A DNA stretch of 64,000 nucleotides from Euglena gracilis. Taxonomy: Eukaryota. Location: contig CP154954.1 in NCBI GenBank assembly GCA_039621445.1, forward strand, positions 22,952,954-23,016,953, in the 5' to 3' direction. The position numbers and the translations under genes were made by a program. Positions 1 through 12,510 of the stretch are shown here, piece by piece. A model generated the notes under the pieces. The model worked only from the letters and a program-made list of their open reading frames with translations, was not told the origin of the DNA and made no database searches. Each line of letters begins with the position of its first letter. Positions within the stretch are counted from its first letter, which is position 1.

Positions 1-1120
1 TGTTTGCCAGATTTTGGGTTCCAGCCAGGTCCAGCACAGCCGCCAGAGAGACAACCCCCCTCTGGACCACCGCAGAAAACATGTGTCACAGGGCTGCCCA
101 GCGGTTTTTGTTTTTTGAACGCACAGACAGCGATGAGCCACAGATTCTCAACCAGATGGCTCATTTCAGGTCGAAAACATATCTGCTTTTATCCCGTAAA
201 AAAAATGGTGGCTCAACAAGGCAATCAACACTCCAATTGACAAAAGGCTGATCAGCAACACAGATTTGTGAAAGGGTTGCGGCAGTGTGGGAATTTTGGG
301 AAATCCACCCAGAGAATTGTCTTTGTTTGTGCGCATATTCTGCCTGCAATTATGTCTCAGGAGTTGAGACAATCGTGGGCAAAAAATTGCAATTGGAATC
401 CGAATTTCAGTGCATATTTTTTTCCCTAAAACGCACATGTTCACCACTGTGAGAAAGAACGAGGTTCGTTTCAAGCCCGCACGAGCCTTTATCTCAACTC
501 GATGGGTCTTTTGGAAAGATTTGAGCTCGAGTTTAATAGAGGGTAGGACCGGGAGTTGCGTTTTTTTGTTTTGCTTTAACCCAAATTTCGGCCCAAATTA
601 AGGCCACATTTGGAACCTCATTTGTCCGATTTTTGGCCTCGATTGGCCTAAAGCAGTAAACTCTAACCCTATTCTCTCTCTCACCACAATCCTATCCCTA
701 CTCCACACATTTCCAGAACTCCAACTCGAAATTGTGCATGGAACACATTTCTGTTTGTATGCATGCATGCATACATGTCTGTAGGTCTGAATGAATGTAT
801 GTATGTATATTAATGTATGTATGTGTGTATGTATGTATGTACGTATGCCATATATTATATTTCAGGATCGTTTGAGAGTACTATTTTCTGACCAACAAAA
901 TATTGCAAAATTGGCTTCGCTCTTTTTCAGCATATCCTTCCATGGTCTATCCATGCAGTAAGCGCATCCAGCGACATATTTGTTTTGGGCCAAGTTCTTC
1001 CCATCCCGTGCAAGTGGCTGTTGGTTTGGGGCAGGGCCAAGGCAACCCCAACCCACCTGTGAACCCAGCCTTCCTCTTCCACTTCCTCAACCACCACCTC
1101 CTCCTTCGCCATCCCTTCAG

Positions 1121-1202
1121 GCAAGAAGATGCTGCGGCACAGCCATCTGTATGGGAGGGCCTATTTGTATGACTGCGCAGTGTTCGACTCTCGCATCCAG
1201 AG
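1121..1202 (+). CDS. Gene 1 exon (KKMLRHSHLYGRAYLYDCAVFDSRIQR)
   Basis: cttcag acceptor and GTGTGC donor; phase 2 joins the exon at 2467. Confidence 0.6.
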
Positions 1203-3935
1203 GTGTGCTTTGAGGGGAGGCGTTCAAAGCAGGGCGTCGCCTTGGATGGAGGGGGGCCCTTCGGGCAGCCAGCCAGCAACCTTTTTCCAGCTTTGAATCC
1301 CCCCCCATCAATGAGCTTTATTTATCTGCTTGCCCAAAAAGCGGCAGAACGGTGATCAGGGGTTTTCTTAAGCCGGAGGGGACCCAAACCTCCGGGGGGG
1401 GGGGGGGGGGTCCAGCCAGCCAGCCAGCCAGCATTTTTTTTTAGCCCACCTCCCAGTCAAGCGGACCCCTCCAAGGGCGGTCTGCTGAATTAAAGTTCGG
1501 GCCAGCCTGGCAAAGCCAGGCTGGCCCAAAAAAAAAGGCGCAAAACACCGGAAATTTTCGGAAAGGGGGTTCAAAAATGGCCCAAAGTGACATTTTTGGG
1601 TGGTATTTTATATTTCACCTCCAAATTTTGCAAAAGAAACCCGGCTGGATTTGGGGCTTTTTTGACTGCTTTTGGGGTTTTTGTCGGGTTGTTGGGTGGC
1701 GTCCAGCCAGTATCTTCTTTCCAGCCAGCACCCTTTTTCCAGCCGCCGCAGGACCCCTCCCCCCCAGGGGGTGCTTAAGAGAACCTCTGGTGGTAATGAA
1801 TTTTTTGCTGGCGAAAATCGGCTGAACAGCCCAAAGTTGGTGCTGAAGAATTTTCTGCATAATTGGCAGTTCTGGGCCTATTTTTTTTGTGGTGTTGTTG
1901 TTGTTGTTGATTTTTTTGGCGCCTGGTTTGACCTCCAGTCCAGCTGGGGGGCCGAGGGCGGGGGGTCAGCCAGCAGCTTTTTTCCGGCCAGCCCAAAGCT
2001 GGCCGGAAAACCCGCCTCTGAGCCCCAGAAGTCGTTAAGCGACGTCCTGATTCAGGGAAAAGCCACCCACTGACACCCATAAACCCCCCCCCCACCTATA
2101 AGAAACCCGTTTCTTATAGGTGGGTTTCCAAAAAAAATGGCCCAAGGGGTTTCTTGTAGGTGGGGGGGGGTTACGCCAGAGGCAGGCACGCCAGAGCGTG
2201 TGCTTGCCCGAGCCTTGCTAGATCTGGCTCACGTCCATTTTTTCACTTTGGCTTTGCGGGGTGGGGTGGCTCGCTCCAAAAGATTCTTTGGAAAAGAGAG
2301 AGGATGGGAATAAAACCCGAGCTGCCTTGCCTTGGCTCCCAATATGCAAATGGAACAGATGCTCAACTTGAGTTCCGTTCTTAATATCCAACCATGCTAA
2401 AGTCGTCGCCCTTTTCGGCCCTCAGGTGATCGCGCTTTTATATGTTCCGTCCCCGGCTCTCGGCAGGTTTGGCCAGCCCCCAGACGTGGTCAGCAATGCC
2501 GTCCACCTGGAAGTGTTCCCTGCCCCTGCCCCGGCAGGTGTGTGTTCATCAAATGAGAGGTGGGGGGAGGTTTGGTCCACTGTGCCCAAGGCTCATGAAG
2601 TGGTGAAGAAATGGGTTGAGGTTGTATTTTCATAGCAGTTTAGAAAGCAAAAGCCATTGGAATCAAATATTGAATACCAGTTTGGTTTGCGTTGTATTGT
2701 TTTTGAATTCAAATTCTGTGTTTCGGACCCATTTTGCTGACTGTCAAAAGTGTGTAAAGATAATCTTAACAACAAAATATCAGGCAGTCTAATATTATTG
2801 GTCACCCAGGGGTTCCAGTGGTCTGATGACAGAGGGTAATTAAAGGACCAGGGTTTGGATTCTGATTTGTCCCAATTTTGGTCTTAAACCGATTTTTTAT
2901 TTAGACAAATATATAATTTTGCATATATATTATATTATTGTATAATATGTATAATTTTATTTAATTGTATAATATATTTAAATTATTATATATTTTTATT
3001 ATTATTATTTATTATTATATATATTTATATATATTATATATTTTATATGATATATAGTTATATATAATTATATATGATTATGTATAATTATACATAATTA
3101 TATATGATTATATAAAACAACATAATGTATCATACATATTAATATCATATAATCTATTGTATAATATGTAATATATAATGTATAATCTTTAATGTAGATG
3201 CATAATGTATAATATATGATGGATAATAGAAAATTAATACATAATATATTTTGATATATAATATATAATGTATAATATAAATATAGTACGCATATAATGT
3301 GTAATGTATTATATATAATATACATATAATAAAAGATGGCATACGTTTATACGTGTATATATGGCATACGTTTAGATCAGCTATCCCCTCTTGGTCGGGG
3401 GGGGGGGGTAGCTGATCCAAACATGCAGCATAAAGGGTGATAATTTTCAGAAAGATGTTTTTCGGGTTATTGAAAGAACACGGAAGGCCAGGATTTAGGC
3501 GGTAATTTAAGCCTAATTTTGTGACCAAAGTCAGGCCAGAAGTTCGACTTAAATTTTAGTTTAAATCCCAACCCCTATTCTTTCAATAAACTAAAAATGC
3601 ATTTCCGAAAAGTGTCACCCTCTGTGCCAGATGTTTAGATGAGCTACCCCCCCCCCCCGACTGGGAGGGAGGGATCTGGCCTAAATACATGCCATATTGT
3701 ATATACATAATTATGTACACACACACCCACCTACATATATACGTATGTGTGTATGCATGTATGGATGGATGCACGCATGTATGTGTGTATGCAGGTATGT
3801 ATGTATGCATGTATGGATGTATGTATGTATGCATGTATGGATGTATGTATGTATGTATGTATGTATGTATGTATGTATGTATGTATGTATGTATGTATGT
3901 ATGTATGTATGTATGTATGTATGTATGTATGTATG

Positions 3936-3966
<31 letters not shown>

Positions 3967-5474
3967 TGTATGTATGTATGGATGGATGGATGGATGGATG
4001 GATGTAATGTATGTATGTATGTATGTATGTATGTATGTATGTATGTATGTATGTATGCATGCATGTATGTATGTATGTATGTATGTATGTATGTATGTAT
4101 GTATGTATGTATGTATGTATGTATGTATGTATGTATGTATGTGCAAATGGAAGCAAGGTTCTACATACTCCAGGGGAACCAAGTGGAATCTCTGACGGAT
4201 TCAGGGAGGGTGGGCATTTAATTTAGGAATTAGCTTAGGGTTGGAACTGTCGCGCCGAAAATGGGCATTTTTGGGGACAGAATTAGTCTGGAATTTATCA
4301 CCTGTTGAATATGTTTTAGGGTGCCTTATTGCCTAAGATTTGCCCAATTGCGGCTAAATTTGGTTTTATTATGTCCGGAATGCAACCGAATTCCTTCCTA
4401 ATTTCCAAAAGGGGGTCCTCCAGGAATCCAGTCATAACCCCACTCTTATCCCAAACAATAACCCCGACTTGCTGGGGAAGTCGGACCCAGGTGCAACCAT
4501 ACGAACCCCCCCCCCGAAATGTTCTGCATGGCCCCGGGGGGCCATGGAAAACCTTGCTGCCATAAAAACATATGTATGTTATTTATGTTACATTATAATA
4601 TATATAAATATTGTATATGAATAATATTTGTATATATTTCATTAGTGTATTATAAGATGTTATATGTGATATATTATAGTATTAAGTGTATTTAACTGGT
4701 TTTATTTCAACTAGAATCGCTTGAAGATATATCAAATTGTAACCAGGCTGTATTTTAGTCGGGTGCTCCAAGGCCCAAAAATCCGACTCTCCCCCGGGGG
4801 GGTAGGGCACTCGGTAGGGCCTTGCAGGCACTCCGGCGCCGAAGGCGCCGGAAGGCTCAAAACAGACCTATTTTCAAGGAAAATGGCCTATTTTCTGAGG
4901 AAAGTTCCTGGGCACAGGCCGAAATCCGACCCCCCCTGAGGGGGTAGTGCCTGCCTGGGCAGGCACTCAAGGGCACTCCGGACCCCCCCGGGGGGGTTGG
5001 TAAAAAACAGCCTGATTGTAACTCAGTGACTCAGTAACCGAGTGCAACCCAAACCCTATCGTAACCCTAATCATCCCCAGCATGCCACTGGCCCCTGGCG
5101 GGCCAATGGTATGTGGCTGCCACATAATCTTAATCAAAGGCTCGGTCTGGATTGACCAGCTGTTCGTTTCGGCAACCCTCATGCTGAGGCCTCCGCTGTG
5201 TTGGCTGGCCCCAGGCATGGCGGCGTACGACGAGCTGGCCCTGCAGCGGGTCCCCGAGACCCGACTGGCACGGCACCTGCGGCACCTCGCATCCGCCGGC
5301 AGCCCCACGCCGTTCAAGCTGCAGCAATTGACACTGATGCTGGAGGGCATCACCGCAGGTATGGCTTTGAGTGCGTGGCTTGTTTTGTGATCCGCCCCCT
5401 TTTTGCTGTTTCATTGGTTTGTTTACTGGATTCTTTTATTGAATTATTGTAGTTATCATTGTCGTTGTTGTTGT

Positions 5475-5515
<41 letters not shown>

Positions 5516-8500
5516 AAGTTATTGGTGGTGGTGGTGGTGGTGGTGGTGGTGGTGGTGGTGGTGGTGGTGGTGGTGGTGGTGGTGGTGGTGGTGGCGGGTG
5601 GCGGGTGGCGGGTGGCGGGTGGCGGGTGGCGGGTGGCGGGTGGCGGGTGGTGGGTGGCGGGTGGCGGGTGGCGGGTGGTGGGTGGTGGGTGGCGGGTGGC
5701 GGGTGGCGGGTGGTGGGTGGTGGGTGGTGGTGTTAGTATTAGAAGTGGTGGTGGTGGTAGTGGTGGTGGTAGCATCATTATTATTATTATTGTTTGTTTT
5801 TGGTTTGCGGAACCCCTCATTTCCATCTTTTATGTTCATAAATATGTATATCAATGCATTCCATCATAGTAGCACATAGAAATTTTGCATATGATAACCT
5901 GGCAAAATTCGTTATTTGGGATATATTATTTTTTAAGATATTTTCTATCTGTTATGTATATTATTGTTCACAATAAAAAAATATTGTATTGTTCATTTCA
6001 TCTGATATCTTCTTTATTGGTCATCAATTTGTAGGTCTATATTGCAGTTTTAAGCATGCTTTCTTGCTTCCCTTGGGCCACCTCCGCCCACCCACGCACC
6101 CCCTCCAGGCTCATTGAAGTGCAACGAGGGGGACCTCCACGGCCGCACCGCCCTGCACCTCGCCTGCGAGCTCAGCACGCTGGGCGTCCCGGAGGCGGAG
6201 GCGGCGGTCCGGTTCCTGCTGCGGGTCGGGGCCAGCCTCTACCAGTGCGACCGGGCCGGGCTTCGGCCACTGGATGTGCTGCTGGTGTGTTGCCCGCGGT
6301 GGGGTGTCTTGGGGGATGGCCGTGTGCCCTGTTCAGACGGAACAGTGTCCGTTGAGTCTGGCATAGCCTTTTGTTGAAAGTGCTCATGGAGTTTAATTGT
6401 TCGCTGTTCTTGTTGCAGGTCTCTTTGCGAAAAAGATCATGCATTTTGTTCTCGAAACTGCAATGCCCAGGTTAAAACAGTACAATATCATAATGGCATA
6501 ATGGCAATTAACAACAACAAATAACATAAAAGTAGGTAAGTAACTTCCAGCAATAAACGTAATGAATTGATATATGTGTATTGGTGTTTGTGAGTAATTG
6601 CACACCTGCATTGGCTTTTTTCTCCATTTCTTTCGATTTGTGTGTGTGCCTTCACCGAAATATGCATGTGTTTTACTGCATCTAACCCCCCCCCCAAATG
6701 TAAGCAACCCCCTGTATAATCAACCCCCAAATGTACGCAATCTTTTGGCCAATTTTTGGCCAACACCCAAATATAAGCAACCAGGGATTCCCACAAATTT
6801 GTGCCACAAACAGTTGCGAATAATCACGAACCAGCACGAATTTGGAGAGTTTCCAAAATCACGAATAACCACGAATAAGCCACAATAATAATGAATGATA
6901 TTTTCTCTCGTTTATCAATTTGTCCCTCTGAAAATGGCTTTTCTATCAAGGATTAATTTCAAAGGGAAAACTACCATGAACCAGAGGTGAAAATTACTCA
7001 ATTTCTTGTCCTTTGTTGTCTGCTATCCTCTCTCTTATGCTCTTCTCCGTGCCCTCCCCTCTGTCCATCATTATAATCATCAGAGTCATCTCACCTGTTT
7101 TATTCCTGATGAAAATTTTGTGGAATTGGAGAACAGGTGGTTGGTGTTGGGCAGGATGGCATGCTGAATGGGGCATCACCGCCCTTACTTTATGACTTTT
7201 TGACTTATTGGAGCAATTTTGTGCCCTTTCCATCAAATTATAAATTTTGGCCATTGGTCAATCATTTTCTTTCATTATTGGGCCATTGTTGGCCATTTCG
7301 GGCATTTTGAATCAATTTTGGAATACATATATTTTTTTTGTTTTGTTTCTGCGGTCCTCCTTAAGCTTGACCCAGGCACCTAGACCATCCTTCAGAAAAT
7401 GTTTTTTCCCAAATATCTGCAATTTTTCACAAATTTCTGCGAAACACTGCAAAAATCTGCAAAATTGTTTTGTTTTACAAATGTGCATTGCTGTTTTGTG
7501 CAGGAAAAGGGAAAACCCGGACGCTGTTTGGGTAGCACGAATAATCATGAATATTCACCAATATTCACAAATCAGAATTCATGGTCATCAGCACGAACTT
7601 GTGGGAATCCCTGAAGCAACCCCTGACTGGACTATATGAAGGAGTTTCCATTAAAACGGCGTAAAAGCAGCAACAAATGTAAGCAGCCCCCAAATATAAG
7701 CCACCCCTGGAGCCTGTTTTCAGAAACTCAAGTATAAGCAACTGGTTGTTTAAATTGTTGGGGGCGGTTACACATAAGACAAGCCTAAATCCCGCGTTGA
7801 CTGGAATGGATTTGGTGGTGGGAGGTACACATCGTGGGCTGTACGAAGACAGTTGGCCATAAGGGGTTGACCAAACTTCTGGTGTTTTTGCCAACCCTGC
7901 CTGTCGAAAGTGAAAGGGAGTTTACCTTGCTGTATCGATCAATCATTTCCATCATGGATCCCCAACCCTCTGAATAGGAGACATCTGGTCAACTCAGAAA
8001 CAGCCATTTTTCATTGAAATTTTCATCTGCCTTTGGAGGCCCTCAAATCCCCTCCAAAAAAGGACGCTGGGAGCATCATATTTGAGGGGGGAGAGTTTGC
8101 CCCTCCGTTGGCAGGGAGGAGGAGATAATTTTTATTTGAATTTTATTGAGAGGTTGGTGACCTGAGGAGGGGTTCGGTGGGTGGGTCCAAACTACTGAGT
8201 GGGTACCCCCAAGGGGGGGGGGTAACCCCCTGTTGTTCAGTGCATTGTGCCAGAAGAAGGTTTGGTTGCCAAAAATGGGGTCCCTGCCAACCAGGGTACC
8301 AAGAGAGAGTTGGTTTTGAACAGGGGAAGGGGCCCTCCCCCCCCCCCGGGCTGGGGGGGCCGGGACCCCCTGGAACCAACATTTTTTCTTCCCTGGCACT
8401 TTGCGCTAGAAGAATTATTTTTTATCATCTGTTTTGTCAATTTGGTAAAAAGAAATTCAGCCTGAAAACGCAATTTGGGCACTTTTGAAGCCCCTCGAAA

Positions 8501-10005
8501 ATTCGCACTGGATTTTATCCCAGGGGGGTCGACCAGGTTTTGTGCAGTGCTGAGCTCTTCACGTGCATACTGCAGCAGCTGTTTGGGGCGTGTGGCAGCC
8601 AGGGCCTAGCGGGCCCAGCCTGGCGGCAGGCGGCCCGGCACGGTTTGGTCGGCCCGGCGGTCCGGCTCATTTTCGGTTCCAAAACAGTTTTTCCGGGTCC
8701 GGGAGGCCAAAAAATATGGTTTCGGGCAAAAAGGATTTTGATTTCTTTCGACTTTTTCGACCCAAAAAAGGCCGAAATCGACTAAGTCAAAATTTTTCAA
8801 AACACGCCAAAACTTTTCAAAATGGCCAAAACTTTTCAAAAGATTGGCCAAAAAATGGGCTAGGCGGGGAGTTGCAGGAAATCAAAATACTGTTAGATAG
8901 GGCATTTCAGGTGTCCAGACATTTCCTTTAATTCCCCACCATTTTTTGAGAAATTTTAGAAAACTGATTTTTTTTGGCCCCCCACAAAAGCGGCCAAAAC
9001 GGCCAAGTCGCGCTCTACAAGGTTTGGACCCCATCGTGGGTGAATAACTCGAGCCTGGCGGGGAGTTGGGGGTCAAACAAAGGTGATTCCAAAACTAGAA
9101 ATCCAGTCGCTCACGACTGAAAAAGGAAAAGAAATAAGAAAAGGAAAAATCCCGGCTCCGGGAACAGAGCCAGGATCATGGTGATAATCCGCCGGTTCCC
9201 GAGGTGGCCCAGACCCGGGAGGGGGGGGGGGCGGGGGGCTTCGACCCCCCTTTTCGCCCAGGGCTAGGCTTCGCTTTACCCATAAAGGGATAAGAGCTGA
9301 GTGACCCCCGCCTCCCCCCTTCTCACTCAATACCCTGCTCTCAACCCTCCCCACCACCATGCTTGGGAGTGTCTGCGTGCCGATCTGCTCCCTCTTCTCT
9401 CCCGCGCCTTTACAAAGCCTCGCCCCCCCCCACTCTCTCCCTGCCCATTCCACAGGCCCACCCCTCCTGCCCCGCCAGCCTCGTGCGCTCCCTGCTGGCG
9501 TACCGGGCGCAGTTCTACCCATTCACCGACCCGGCCCAGCGGTGGGCCCCACTGGCCGCTCCGCGGTTCCCCGCGGTGCCCCTCGCGTGGCAGCCGCCCA
9601 AGCCGGTAGTGTACGCCGCAGCCTCCACCGTCCAGCCCAACATCTTGTATTTTCTACAACAGGACGGGTACACCCTCTGTCCCTGTATTGTCCATGGTCC
9701 ATCGATGGGCTCCGCACTGTTGCTCTTTTCACATCACCAATCTCTTTTTTCTGGCATTGTTGGTACTGTTTGCCCTGCTTTTGGGCTTATTGGATGTCCA
9801 ATTTGGCCTATAATGGCCCAATAATGGAAGAAAATGATTGACCAATGGCCAAAATTTACAAAATTGGATGGAACAAGCACACAATAATGCCAAATTGGCC
9901 AATTGGCCTATTTTTGTTTCTGCATATCTTTCTGTTCATGTATGTTTTATGTTTATGTATATGTATATGTTTACAGCCATACATGTATATGAATATGTAT
10001 GTGTA

Positions 10006-10104
<99 letters not shown>

Positions 10105-12344
10105 GTGTGTATATGTATGTGTGTATATAAATTTTCAATTGATGACAAGAATAATATCATTGCATATCTGTAAAAAAAAATTTCAGTTTATGCTGCAATT
10201 CATTTTTCAAGTCTCTTATTTCATCATCATGTGCATGAAAGGTGGTAAATGTAGTGTAACCCAATTATTAATCCATTATCGTCTTTTGTATTCACATTTT
10301 ATGTAAAGGTTCAATTCCTCTATTGGTTGAAATACCCCCTATCTTTTTAACATAATTTTATTCCGCCGTAATTGAGGGCCGTTTTGTTTGAAGCTGCTTG
10401 TTGTTGACTCCCCCAGACCAGGGGAGGGTCCATACCACTCCTTTGGTGGGAATACCAGGACCGCCCCTTAGAAAATTTTTGCATTTGGCCCATTTTTTTT
10501 TTGCTGCAAAGTGACCAAACCCGAATTTTCGGCCGGTTCAGGCAAAATTTTTTGTTCTGGTGCAAAGGGCTGGCATGAGAGCAGTAAGTGTTGCCTTGCC
10601 TTGCCATTGCCCCTCCCTCCCACTGGACCAGAGAGGGAGAGAGGGTTCCATACCATTCCCCGCCTGGCTCTACGTCAAATCCTGGACTCAGGTCGATCGT
10701 TGTGGCGGACCCCTACATCCACTGCGTCCGCTTGCTTTTGCCCAAGACCGCTGCTAGCGAGTACGGCTACAGTTTTGTCGTCCTGCCCCCAGCAGGCGAG
10801 GAGGTGTCGCGATGCACGCGGCGGTGTTTCAGGTGAGAGTGAGTATGGTTATGGAGAGTGAGAGTGTGAGTATGGTTTTCTGTGGAGGCTCACACATCGT
10901 TAGCAGGATCCCCAGTTTTTGGTACAGTCTTTTCCACGCCTTCCCCTGCCCGATTATTAAGGCTGCCCTGGTCTTTTATTGCATGGCCAGCACAGCTGCA
11001 TTGCCATATGTCAGTGGCAGGGCATCGCTGAAGTGGATTCCACCCCCCCCCCCGAGGAGTCCAGCCAGCCAGCCAGCCAGCTTTTTTTCTAGCCAGCAGC
11101 CTTTTTCCGGCTTTCCCCCCTCCCCGTCGACAACAACTACGACAGTTTATTTATCCAGCCAGTATGTTTTGCTTTTGGAGGTGCCAGACAATGGGCAAAT
11201 ATTGGGTGGGGTTTACGCCCTAGTCAGTGGCCCAATGGCCCACGCAAATAAAGCATGGGCATGGGGAGCATGGGCATGTGTGCTGCAGCCACTGCCTCTC
11301 CCTTCCTCACTCGGCCACTCCCCTCCCCCAGGACGCCACCGACATGCTCCTGTTCGCGTCAGGCATGCTGGTGGCCGTCTCCCTGCCCAGCAACTTGGAT
11401 GCCGACGAAGTGGGTCTGAGCCACTTTGCTCCCCACTGCCTCCTTGTCCTTGCCTTGCTGTCTCCCAAAGGAAAGTCTGTGTTTGCGTGGAGGTTTTGTA
11501 GTTGTTTTCCTTTTTGAAACGAAACCAAATGATTTGGCTCATTTCCTGCAGATGTCAGTCTGCTTTTTTTAGTATAATAAAATTGCGGTCAGCAAGTAAA
11601 TACAAAGTAGTGATAGTAAGTGGTTATAATTAGGAGTAAACCCCCCAAATATAAGCCCCCCCAATTTTGAAGCCCCCCCCCAAATAAAAGCCCCCCCAGG
11701 GGGTTTGGTTTTGCCGCCCAAATATAAAGCCCCCCCCTGATGTGGAGCCGGACGATGGTGTCATTCAGGAAAAAGTTGAAAAAATTTGGGTGCATACAAC
11801 ATTTTTTTTCACCGTTGCTCCATTTTGGACAATAATTGCACATTCTTTGAAAAATGGGTGGTACACAGCGAAAATTTGGCATAAAATTTGGCAGTTGGCC
11901 ACAATTGAAGGCCATCGAAAGTCATAGAGGCCACCCAAAAAAGTTTGATCCCCCCAAATATAAACCCCCCCCCGAGGTTCTTGAAATCCCATCCAAATAT
12001 AAAGCCGGGGGGGGGGGCTTTTTATATTTGGGGGGGGGTTAAATTTTAGTTTAATTGTGCTGATTAAAAACCAGGTTTTGTGAGTTACAGCTCCATAGCA
12101 AGCAGATTAGTTTGTCAGGTATTCCTGCCCGACGTCATTTTGCTGAATGTTTGACGCAAAGTCACTGCATCCTCTTTTGGGAGGCCCATTGTTTGGTCGC
12201 TTTCTTCTCCTCTGCAGGCACCACCCGGCGCCAGACATGTGTCTCCTTCCTGGCCAGTGCTGCCGCGCTACAGGGGGCATCCCCTGCCTGTTGTATCTCC
12301 TGGGACGGTGTGTGGGTGGGTGGTTGGGTGTGTTTGTGAGTGCA

Positions 12345-12376
<32 letters not shown>

Positions 12377-12423
12377 TGTGTGTGTGCTGTGTGTGTGGGT
12401 GGGTGTGGGTGTGTGTGTGGGTG

Positions 12424-12510
<87 letters not shown>

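Noticed and set aside
2905-3330. Very AT-rich block as possible organellar insertion
   Set aside because: Low-complexity TA repeats with no gene remnants
3583-4226. Long ORFs of YVCM/HTYI repeats (also at 5350-5880, 9838-10306, 12107-12708, 16221-16785, 18689-19356, 30359-30829)
   Set aside because: Translations of microsatellites, not genes
6340-6470. Extra gene 1 exon at 6419-6470 or non-conventional intron 6340-6411
   Set aside because: Pairing and AG/GT sites exist, but I could not choose a consistent phase; left unresolved
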